From positions 1-38,124 of the forward strand of contig JAUQPV010000002.1 in NCBI GenBank assembly GCA_030550225.1: a DNA stretch of 38,124 nt. Reading direction: 5' to 3'. This DNA is from Acidobacteriota bacterium (GTDB taxonomy: Bacteria; Acidobacteriota; HRBIN11). The notes under the pieces were generated by a model, which was not told where the DNA came from, ran no database searches, and saw only the letters and a program-made list of their open reading frames with translations. The first letter of the stretch is position 1; each line of letters opens with the position of its first letter. This document shows positions 1 to 6,803 of this stretch, piece by piece. The position numbers and the translations under genes were made by a program.

Positions 1-1
1 G

Positions 2-94
2 GTCGTGACCCGGACGACGGAAATCGACACGATGATTTCAGGCAAAAAATTCGTCTTTGAGGAAGAGTTGGCGCCTGAAGCCGAAAAGCCCTAA
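2..94 (+). CDS. 3' end of unidentified upstream gene (partial; ...TEIDTMISGKKFVFEEELAPEAEKP*)
   Basis: Frame is open from the window edge to TAA at 92-94. A strong intrinsic terminator begins 18 nt downstream. Only 30 codons are visible, so the product is not recognisable. Confidence 0.35.
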   Translation, partial: VVTRTTEIDTMISGKKFVFEEELAPEAEKP

Positions 95-111
95 GTGGTT
101 CCCCTCCCGCG

Positions 112-151
112 CCCGCCCCTCCCGGCCTCGTGCCGGGTCGGGGCGGGTTTT
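112..151 (+). terminator. Rho-independent terminator
   Basis: CCCGCCCC (112-119) pairs with GGGGCGGG (140-147). Inner stem CCCGGC/GCCGGG (121-126/132-137). Followed by TTTT at 148-151. Confidence 0.65.
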
Positions 152-248
152 AAGGAGCGCAGGCCTCTGGCCTGTGGGAGGGCAGACGTCCCGGTGGCCG
201 GGCCTCTGGCCGGCCAAGGGGTCCCCTGGAAAGGGGACGGAGGCGGAA

Positions 249-800
249 ATGTCGATTACGGTCACGGGATTGGGCAATCTGTTAATGGGCGATGAAGGCG
301 TGGGCGTCCACGCCGTACGGCTCTTGCGAGAGCGATTCGCCCGACCCGATGTCGCCTACCTCGACGGAGGCACCCTGGGCCTGAGCCTCCTGCCTTACTT
401 GGAGGAGGCAACCCATCTGCTATTCCTGGACGCCATCCGGGCGGACGCCCCGCCTGGGACCGTCCTCCGCGTGTCACTCCTCGACGGACCCACGCGGATC
501 CCCTTGAAGGTCTCAGCCCACGATATCGCCTTGCCCGACCTGGTCGCCCTCCTGAAGTTCCGGCGGGGCGAGGACCTCCGGGCTGTCGAGCTTTTGGGTG
601 TCGTCCCAGAGCGGATCGAACCCTCGACGGAACTTTCCTCGACGGTCCAGGCGAGCTTGCCGGACCTTATCTCTTGGGCCCTTCGAATTCTTCAACAGTG
701 GGGCGTCCTGGATCACCAGAGCCGTTCGGTTCGTGAGAATGGCGTCGAGGCGGTCTTTCCCACCGCCCGAAATAAAGGGCGAACGGCGAATAGCGAATAA
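249..800 (+). CDS. [NiFe]-hydrogenase maturation endopeptidase (HybD/HoxM/HupD family)
   Basis: ATG at 249 follows GGAGG. N-terminal MSITVTGLGNLLMGDEGVGVHA matches the GxGNxLxxDDGxG signature. About 183 aa, and located directly upstream of the hyp genes. Confidence 0.85.
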   Translation: MSITVTGLGNLLMGDEGVGVHAVRLLRERFARPDVAYLDGGTLGLSLLPYLEEATHLLFLDAIRADAPPGTVLRVSLLDGPTRIPLKVSAHDIALPDLVALLKFRRGEDLRAVELLGVVPERIEPSTELSSTVQASLPDLISWALRILQQWGVLDHQSRSVRENGVEAVFPTARNKGRTANSE

Positions 801-878
801 TGAACAGCAAATAGGTACCCCTTCCTACCTCCCGACCTGCCCATCTGCCGACCTGCCGACTGCCCATCTGCCCGATGC
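786..878. repeat. Degenerate tandem word arrays: heptamers GCGAATA-like (786-813), octamers CCNACCTG-like (821-878)
   Basis: Read directly: gcgaata gcgaata atgaaca gcaaata, then cctacctc ccgacctg cccatctg ccgacctg ... cccatctg. The 17-mer CGACCTGCCCATCTGCC (833-849) recurs at 6066-6082. Confidence 0.8.
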
Positions 879-881
879 CTT

Positions 882-912
882 GACCGCCGACGGCCGACCG
901 CGGTCGGCGGTC
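882..912 (+). other. Intercistronic GC hairpin upstream of hypC
   Basis: GACCGCCGAC (882-891) pairs perfectly with GTCGGCGGTC (903-912) around an 11-nt loop. There is no T-run, so it is more likely an mRNA structure than a terminator. Confidence 0.5.
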
Positions 913-945
913 TGGGAAAAATCGTCCTCCCCAGAGGAAGGACCT

Positions 946-1224
946 ATGTGCTTAGGCGTGCCGGGTCGAGTCGTCGAAGTCAACGGCCTCGTGGCCGTCG
1001 TCGATTTCTGGGGGACTCGCCGGAAGGTCCGGCTCGAGACGGTCGACCAGCCGGTTCAACCCGGTGATTACGTCTTGGTCCACGTCGGTTTCGCCATCCG
1101 GCGGATTCCGGAAGAGGAGATCGAGGAAACGCTGGCCTTCTACGACTCCGTCGTGCGGGCGGCTGAGAATGACTTAATGGGTGCAGACGTCCGGAGCGAG
1201 ATCGACGCCGCCCGGGGGGATTGA
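946..1224 (+). CDS. hypC: Hydrogenase assembly chaperone HypC/HupF
   Basis: Starts MCLGVPGRVVEV (invariant N-terminal Cys). 92 aa. RBS GAGGAAGG lies 4-11 nt upstream. Confidence 0.9.
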   Translation: MCLGVPGRVVEVNGLVAVVDFWGTRRKVRLETVDQPVQPGDYVLVHVGFAIRRIPEEEIEETLAFYDSVVRAAENDLMGADVRSEIDAARGD

Positions 1225-1226
1225 CC

Positions 1227-2366
1227 ATGGAAGCGGTCCGCGACGAGGGTGCATGGAAGCGGTTGGAATTTCGGGATCCCGAGCGGGTCCAGGCCCTGCG
1301 GCAGACCCTCCAGCGGCTGTGCGACCAGATCGGGCGGCCCGTATCGGTCATGCACGTCTGCGGGACCCACGAACAGAGTATCGCCCGTTTTGGCCTGCGG
1401 AGCCTCCTCCCCCGGAACCTGAACGTGTTTATGGGGCCCGGCTGTCCCGTCTGCGTGACGGACATGCCGGAGGTCGACGAGGCGGTGGCCCTGGCCCTTC
1501 AGGGCGTCATCGTCGCCACCTTTGGCGACATGTTCCGGGTCCCCGGGAGCGTGATGTCCCTGGCCGAGGCCAAGGCCCAGGGGGCCGACGTGCGGGTCGT
1601 CTACAGTCCCTGGGACGCCCTGCGGCTGGCCCAATCGACGGACCGGGACGTCGTCTTCTTCGCCACGGGCTTCGAGACGACCGCCGTCGCCACGGCCGCC
1701 GTGATCCTATCGAACCCGCCGTCGAACTTCTCGGTCCTGTCGGCCCACAAGTACATCCCGCCGGTCATGGAGATCATCGCCGAGATGCCCGATACCCGGG
1801 TGCAGGGCTTCTTAGCGGCCGGCCATGCGGCGACCATCACGGGGTGGAAGATCTTCGAACGGTTCGTCGAGCGCCACCGGATTCCCGTCGTCGTCGGGGG
1901 GTTCGAGCCCCTCGACATCCTGGCGGCCCTGGCCCAGTTAGTCGAACTCATCCGGGACGGCGACCTGCGGGTCGTCAATGCCTATCCCCGATGCGTCACG
2001 CCAGAAGGAAACCGTCAGGCCCAGCGTCTGCTCTGGGAGGTCTTCGAGACCGTCGGCGGCACCTGGCGCGGCATCGCCCACATCCCGAACGGCAACCTCC
2101 GGATTCGGTCGAAATATGCCGGGGTCGACGCCCGGCGGCGTTACGACATCGACGTGAGCGGCCTTCTGCAGGGAGCGCCGCCCCGGCTCACGCAGGAGTG
2201 CATCTGCGGGGACATCATGGCCGGGATCGCGTCCCCCTACGACTGCCGGCTGTTCGGGAAGGAGTGCACGCCTCAGAACCCCGTCGGAGCCTGCATGGTC
2301 AGTAGCGAGGGGACTTGCAAGATTTGGTACGAATACGGGGGACACGTCATCGTGGAGACTCCTTAG
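1227..2366 (+). CDS. hypD: Hydrogenase maturation factor HypD
   Basis: Motifs CGTHE, GPGCPVCV and GFETT are present. ATG at 1227 lies 3 nt after the hypC stop. An alternative TTG start at 1221 would overlap the hypC stop. Confidence 0.9.
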   Translation: MEAVRDEGAWKRLEFRDPERVQALRQTLQRLCDQIGRPVSVMHVCGTHEQSIARFGLRSLLPRNLNVFMGPGCPVCVTDMPEVDEAVALALQGVIVATFGDMFRVPGSVMSLAEAKAQGADVRVVYSPWDALRLAQSTDRDVVFFATGFETTAVATAAVILSNPPSNFSVLSAHKYIPPVMEIIAEMPDTRVQGFLAAGHAATITGWKIFERFVERHRIPVVVGGFEPLDILAALAQLVELIRDGDLRVVNAYPRCVTPEGNRQAQRLLWEVFETVGGTWRGIAHIPNGNLRIRSKYAGVDARRRYDIDVSGLLQGAPPRLTQECICGDIMAGIASPYDCRLFGKECTPQNPVGACMVSSEGTCKIWYEYGGHVIVETP

Positions 2367-2609
2367 CAGAGCCCTTTGACCCGTGAAAATCCCGATGGGA
2401 TCGGCTTTTCCGACCCTTCGAAAAATCGGTGCTCGGTGCTGGGTGTTGGGTGCTGGGTGTTGGGTGTTGGGTTCTTGAAAAAGGGACCTAACACCTAACA
2501 CCGAGCACCCAGCACCCAACACCAAACACCCATTCTGTCTGAAAAATCGTGCTTCCTGGGCGATGGAAAAGGCCGTCTTAATGCCGCTCTCATGAACTGA
2601 ACGGCCCTG
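2367..2609. repeat. Nested-palindromic repeat element, copy A (inverted relative to copies C and D)
   Basis: Begins CAGAGCC directly after the hypD TAG and ends ...GAACGGCCCTG. Core arms are a GGGTGYT heptamer run (2428-2473) and an RRCACCY run (2487-2531) around a TTCTTGAAAAAGGG loop. Flanking arms are alignable to the copies at 30734, 33488 and 36566. Confidence 0.85.
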
Positions 2610-2618
2610 TTAAGAGGG

Positions 2619-3401
2619 ATGGGGATGACGGGTCGGTTGCGAGTCGTCGTGATGGTCGGTCCCCGGGGCGAGGGTCTCGAGGCCCTGCTGGATTACGGTA
2701 CTCGGTCGCCGGACTATGCGATCGTCGGGGCCTTGGTGACGACCCCTGACAGCACGGCCGTCCCGGTCCTCGAGCGGTATGGCATCCCCTGGGTCTGCAA
2801 TGACATTCAGGCCTTCTACCGGGCGCGCCAGGCACCCGTCCGGGACCTTCAGTATCGACCGGACTACGACGACCAGAGTCTCCGGTACGTCGAGGCTTGG
2901 GCTCCGACGCACTTGGTCCTGTTTCGGTACATTTACATCGTGACGCCGGTCCTCTTGAGCGCCTTTCCCGGCCGGGTCCTGAACGTTCATGACGGGGACC
3001 TCACCCGACGAGACTCCACCGGACGACCCCTCTACCGTGGCCTTCACGCGACCCGGGACGCCATCCTCGACGGGGCGACGGCGACCCGCTCGACCGTGCA
3101 CATCGTCACCGAGGAAGTCGACATGGGTCCGCCGATTTTATTGTCGCCGGCCTATCCGGTCCATCGCCGCCTCGTCCGACAGGCGCGGTGGGCCGGCGCC
3201 CTGGACGTCCTGAAGGCTTACGCATACGCCCATCGGGAATGGATGATTCGGGACAGTTGGGGCAAGCTGATTCATACGGCCCTGACCTTGTGGTCGCAGG
3301 TTCCCTTACGGATCTTGGGCGACCGGGTCTTTTGGGGCGACCGGCCGGGTCCATGGGTCCTCCGGGCTTACATCGCCCGACGGGAGACAGCGGCACCATG
3401 A
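2619..3401 (+). CDS. PurN-type formyltransferase-fold protein (candidate HypX N-terminal-domain equivalent)
   Basis: LRVVVMVGPRGEGLEALLD N-terminus. LNVHDGDL sits where PurN has NIHPSLLP. TVHIVTEEVDMGPPIL matches the PurN VHFVTxxxDxGPII block. An alternative ATG at 2625 has better RBS spacing. The stop overlaps the next start (ATGA). Confidence 0.7.
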   Translation: MGMTGRLRVVVMVGPRGEGLEALLDYGTRSPDYAIVGALVTTPDSTAVPVLERYGIPWVCNDIQAFYRARQAPVRDLQYRPDYDDQSLRYVEAWAPTHLVLFRYIYIVTPVLLSAFPGRVLNVHDGDLTRRDSTGRPLYRGLHATRDAILDGATATRSTVHIVTEEVDMGPPILLSPAYPVHRRLVRQARWAGALDVLKAYAYAHREWMIRDSWGKLIHTALTLWSQVPLRILGDRVFWGDRPGPWVLRAYIARRETAAP

Positions 3402-4264
3402 AGGAAAAAGAAGGTGAGGTCGTCGAAGAACTCTACCACATCCGGGTCACCCGTCGAGACGCCATCGGGGTCATCACCCTGGACCGGCCCGAGCGGTTCA
3501 ACGCCCTGGACGTTCAGATGGCCCAGGACCTGCGCAAGGCGGCCCTCGCCTTGGCGCGAGACCGGACGATCCGATGCGTGATCCTGGCCGGCCACGAGCG
3601 GGTCTTCTGTAGCGGCGCCGACCTTCGGTACGTCCAGCAGGGCGGGGACGAAGCCGACTTCTCCTACCTCCAGCCGGAGGCCCGGGAGGTCCAGAGGAGC
3701 TACGGGGCGGCCTTCAAGCAGATCCTGGAATACCTCCACAGCACGATTTCCGAGATCCGACGGGCGCCCAAGCCCTTCATCGCCGCCGTCCGAGGCGTCG
3801 CCGCCGCCGGCGGCTTCGGCCTGGCGATGAGCTGTGACCTCGTCTATGCCTCGGAGGACGCCTGGTTTGAATGGGCCTATTCGAAAACGGGTCTCACGGG
3901 AGCCGAAAGCTCGACCTTTCTCCTGCCCCGCCTGATCGGCCTCCGGCGGGCCCTCGAGATGGCCTTCCTGAACCCCCGCCTGAGCGCCCAGGAAGCCTGG
4001 TCCCTGGGCCTGATCAACGGCGTCTTCCCCCAGGACCGGTTCGATGAAGAAGTCTGGCGGGTCGCCGAGCGACTCGCCGAAGGACCGACCCGGGCCTTTG
4101 GCATCACGAAGCGCCTCCTCAACGAGGCGGCCGGCATGGACCGTCTGGACGTCCACCTGGATAAGGAACTCCAGTTTCTGGCCGAAATCGCCGAGGGTGC
4201 CGACTTCTGGGAAGGCCTGCGAGCCTTCTTTGAAAAACGGAAGCCCCAGTTTCGGGGAGAGTGA
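3398..4264 (+). CDS. Enoyl-CoA hydratase/isomerase (crotonase) family protein (candidate HypX C-terminal-domain equivalent)
   Basis: ITLDRPERFNAL, FCSGADL and AAVRGVAAAGGFGLAMSCDL are crotonase signatures. ATG 3398 overlaps the upstream TGA (3399-3401). Confidence 0.8.
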   Translation: MKEKEGEVVEELYHIRVTRRDAIGVITLDRPERFNALDVQMAQDLRKAALALARDRTIRCVILAGHERVFCSGADLRYVQQGGDEADFSYLQPEAREVQRSYGAAFKQILEYLHSTISEIRRAPKPFIAAVRGVAAAGGFGLAMSCDLVYASEDAWFEWAYSKTGLTGAESSTFLLPRLIGLRRALEMAFLNPRLSAQEAWSLGLINGVFPQDRFDEEVWRVAERLAEGPTRAFGITKRLLNEAAGMDRLDVHLDKELQFLAEIAEGADFWEGLRAFFEKRKPQFRGE

Positions 4265-4279
4265 TCGTGGGTGTGATGG

Positions 4280-4369
4280 GAATTGCCAATTGCGGATTTG
4301 GGGATAAGAGGTGCAGGTCGGTTCTCCGAGGCTTTCCCCGCCCTGATGCCCAATCCGCAATTCGCAATC
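4280..4369. repeat. Intergenic inverted repeat built from CAATYCG-type heptamers
   Basis: GAATTGCCAATTGCGGATTTGGGG (4280-4303) faces CCCAATCCGCAATTCGCAATC (4349-4369) across a loop of about 45 nt. Confidence 0.75.
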
Positions 4370-4390
4370 TTTGAGATGGAGGGATAGGCG

Positions 4391-5443
4391 ATGGCCGGAA
4401 GCGTCCGATCTCTTCAGTGTCCGGTCCCGACGCTGACCCACCGCCAGGTCCTCCTGGGCCACGGAAGCGGGGGCCGGCTGATGCACGACCTCATCGAGGC
4501 CGTATTCCGCCCCCGGCTCCTGCCGGCGGACCTGACGTGCCTGAACGACGCCGCCTACTTTCGCGTCGCTGGCTTCCGCTTGGCTATCACGACGGATTCC
4601 TTTGTCGTCGACCCTATCTTCTTCCCGGGCGGTGACATCGGCCAACTGGCCGTCCACGGGACCGTCAACGACCTGGCCGTCAGCGGGGCCCGGCCCCTGG
4701 TCCTGAGCGCCGCCTTTATCCTCGAGGAAGGTTTCCCCATCGAGGACCTCGAGCGGGTCGTCGACTCGATGCGCGAGGCCAGCGCTCGGGTCGGCGTGCC
4801 TATCGTCACAGGCGACACGAAAGTCGTCCAACGGGGCAAGTGCGACCGAGTGTTCATCAACACGACGGGCGTCGGCGTCCTGATGACGGAGCGAGTCCTT
4901 TCGGCCGACCAAGCCCGACCGGGGGACCTGATCCTCCTGAATGGGGACATCGCCGCTCACGGCATCGCCATCCTGGCGGCCCGGGGAGAGCTCGAGTTGG
5001 ACACGCCCATCGTCTCGGACACGGCCCCCCTGCATACGTTGGTCGAGGCCATTTTAGAAGGTGACCCCGGGGTCCGTTGCATGCGGGACCTGACGCGGGG
5101 CGGGCTCGCCAGTGCCCTCAACGAAATCGCTCAGAGCTCGGGCGTGGGGATCCGTATCTGGGAAGACCGGATCCCCATTCGGGATGAGGTCCGAGGCGTC
5201 TGTGAGGTCCTGGGGCTCGACCCTTTGCATGTAGCGAACGAGGGAAAGCTGATCGCCGTCGTCGCCCGAGAGGACGCCGAGGCCGTCCTGGCCCGGATGC
5301 GGGCCCACCCCCTCGGTCGGGAGGCGGCCATCATCGGCGAGGTCGTCGAAGACGCCCGGTCGATGGTCCTCATGAAGACTCAAGTCGGGGGCTTCCGGGT
5401 CGTCGACATGCTGGCCGGTGAGCAGTTGCCCCGGATTTGCTAA
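4391..5443 (+). CDS. hypE: Hydrogenase maturation carbamoyl dehydratase HypE
   Basis: PurM-like body with the diagnostic C-terminal ...LPRIC*. RBS GGAGGGA lies 6 nt upstream. Confidence 0.92.
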   Translation: MAGSVRSLQCPVPTLTHRQVLLGHGSGGRLMHDLIEAVFRPRLLPADLTCLNDAAYFRVAGFRLAITTDSFVVDPIFFPGGDIGQLAVHGTVNDLAVSGARPLVLSAAFILEEGFPIEDLERVVDSMREASARVGVPIVTGDTKVVQRGKCDRVFINTTGVGVLMTERVLSADQARPGDLILLNGDIAAHGIAILAARGELELDTPIVSDTAPLHTLVEAILEGDPGVRCMRDLTRGGLASALNEIAQSSGVGIRIWEDRIPIRDEVRGVCEVLGLDPLHVANEGKLIAVVAREDAEAVLARMRAHPLGREAAIIGEVVEDARSMVLMKTQVGGFRVVDMLAGEQLPRIC

Positions 5444-5445
5444 GG

Positions 5446-5545
5446 GGTAGTGAGGCAATAAGGCCGTAAGGCGTGTCGGACAGTCAACCGTAGGGCCCTA
5501 TCTACCGCCTTATTGCCTTACTGCCCTATTGCCTGATTGCCTACT
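5446..5545. repeat. Intergenic inverted repeat built from GCCTNNTT octamers
   Basis: Right arm reads gccttatt gccttact gccctatt gcctgatt gcctactt (5508-5547). Left arm carries the complement words (gaggcaataaggccgtaaggcg, 5452-5473). Confidence 0.75.
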
Positions 5546-5558
5546 TAGGTATGCCATC

Positions 5559-5969
5559 ATGCATGAACTTTCGATCATGCAGGCCTTAGTCGATGCCGTC
5601 GAGGCGATCGTCCGAGAGCATGGGGCCCGGCGGGTCGTCCGGCTGGTCGTCGAGGTCGGCGAAATGTCCAACGTGATTCCCATGTATCTCCGGAATGCCT
5701 TCTTAGCCTTCCGGGAGGTGAAACCCTTCCTGGCCCAGGCCGAGCTGGAGATCCGTTTCGTCCCCCTGCAACTCCGGTGCGAATCCTGCGGCTTTGAGTT
5801 CCAGCCCCAGGGTTATCGATACCGCTGTGTCGAGTGCGGGGCGACCCAGGTCCGGGTCGTGCAGGGCGAGGAATTGCTCTTGCGGGACGTCGAGCTGGAG
5901 GTCGAATCCGATGACCCGTCTTGGCCGGTCGAACTGCCAAGTCATGGGGCCCCACGCTTCTGTGAATGA
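5559..5969 (+). CDS. hypA: Hydrogenase nickel insertion protein HypA
   Basis: Canonical MHELS start. Zinc site CESCG...CVECG. Carries a C-terminal extension of about 20 aa relative to typical HypA. Confidence 0.88.
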   Translation: MHELSIMQALVDAVEAIVREHGARRVVRLVVEVGEMSNVIPMYLRNAFLAFREVKPFLAQAELEIRFVPLQLRCESCGFEFQPQGYRYRCVECGATQVRVVQGEELLLRDVELEVESDDPSWPVELPSHGAPRFCE

Positions 5970-5974
5970 AGGCG

Positions 5975-6090
5975 GATAGGGGCATAACTGTAAGGGCGTG
6001 AGGACGGGACGGTCACCGGCGGCGTCAGGACAGAGGGGACGTCCGCGTCACTGCTGGCGTCCCGCCGACCTGCCCATCTGCCCAAGACCG
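5975..6090. repeat. Degenerate G-rich / C-rich octamer arms
   Basis: ggcggata ggggcata ... ggcgtgag gacgggac faces cccgccgacctgcccatctgcccaagacc. The C-rich arm shares the 17-mer CGACCTGCCCATCTGCC (6066-6082) with 833-849. Confidence 0.55.
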
Positions 6091-6131
6091 TGATTTGTCC
6101 CAGAGATGGCCGGACTGCTAAGAGGGAAGCG

Positions 6132-6803
6132 ATGGCGGAGATTCGAACCGTTCGAGTGATGGAAAGCCTCCTGAAGGCCAACGACTACGTGGCCCAACGC
6201 CTCCGGCAGGCGTGGGACCAGGGCCAGACTTTCGTCGTCAACCTGATATCGGCCCCGGGCGCCGGCAAGACGACCCTGCTGGAGGCGACCCTGCCGGTCC
6301 TGCTGAGCCGGTACCGCGTCGGCGTCCTGGAGGGCGACATCGAGACGGAGCGGGACGCCGAGCGGATCCGGGCCTTGGGCGTCGAGGCCGTCCAGGTCAC
6401 GACGGGCGGGACCTGTCACCTGGAAGCGCCCATGGTCGAGCAGGCCTGGCGCCTTATGGATAACGAGATCGACTTTCTGTTCATCGAGAACGTGGGTAAC
6501 CTCGTGTGTCCGGCGAGCTTCGACCTGGGGGAGCACCTCCGGGTCGTCCTGCTCTCGGTCCCCGAGGGGGATGACAAACCGGCCAAGTACCCCAAGGCCT
6601 TCCGGACAGCCCAGGCCCTGGTCATCACGAAGGCCGACCTGCTGGAGACGATGGACTTCTCGGTCGAGCGAGCCCGCCGGGAGGCCTTGGAGATTCAGCC
6701 CGAACTTCAGGTCTTCGTCGTGTCGGCCAAGACGGGCGTGGGGATTCCGGCATGGACGCAATTCCTGGAACAGCGACGACGGCAGACGTTTCCGGACGCT
6801 TGA
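6132..6803 (+). CDS. hypB: Hydrogenase nickel incorporation GTPase HypB
   Basis: APGAGKTTLL P-loop, GGTCHL and ENVGNLVCP motifs. ATG 6132 is preceded by AGAGGGAAG. A GTG at 6090 is also possible. No His-rich or CxxCGC N-terminus. Confidence 0.9.
   Translation: MAEIRTVRVMESLLKANDYVAQRLRQAWDQGQTFVVNLISAPGAGKTTLLEATLPVLLSRYRVGVLEGDIETERDAERIRALGVEAVQVTTGGTCHLEAPMVEQAWRLMDNEIDFLFIENVGNLVCPASFDLGEHLRVVLLSVPEGDDKPAKYPKAFRTAQALVITKADLLETMDFSVERARREALEIQPELQVFVVSAKTGVGIPAWTQFLEQRRRQTFPDA

Noticed and set aside
1181-2305. 374-aa plus-strand ORF overlapping hypD in another frame
   Set aside because: The hypD frame carries the CGTHE, GPGCPVCV and GFETT motifs. This frame is Arg/Pro/Gly-rich filler.
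1938-2525. 195-aa minus-strand ORF sharing the peptide NTQHRAPIFRRVGKA with the ORF at 36628-37119
   Set aside because: The shared peptide comes from reading through copies A and D of the palindromic repeat. The remainder is antisense to hypD and mptG respectively. These are not a gene family.
2428-2531. Possible CRISPR array, suggested by the regular short repeats here and in other spacers
   Set aside because: The period is 7-8 nt with no unique spacers. The two halves are complementary (a hairpin), and no cas genes are present.
2360-2615. Target-site duplications (TTAG/TTAA-like tetranucleotides) flanking the palindromic elements, hinting at IS5-type mobilisation
   Set aside because: The flanks are only loosely similar (TTAG|...|TTAA at copy A, TGAG|...|TTAG at copy D). 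They are inconsistent across the four copies, so this cannot be supported without empty-site comparisons.
3368-5035. 555-aa ORF on the minus strand
   Set aside because: It is antisense to the crotonase gene and hypE, both of which have clear family motifs. Its composition is Arg/Gly/Asp/Pro-rich and low-complexity with no recognisable domain. This is a typical long antisense frame in GC-rich DNA.
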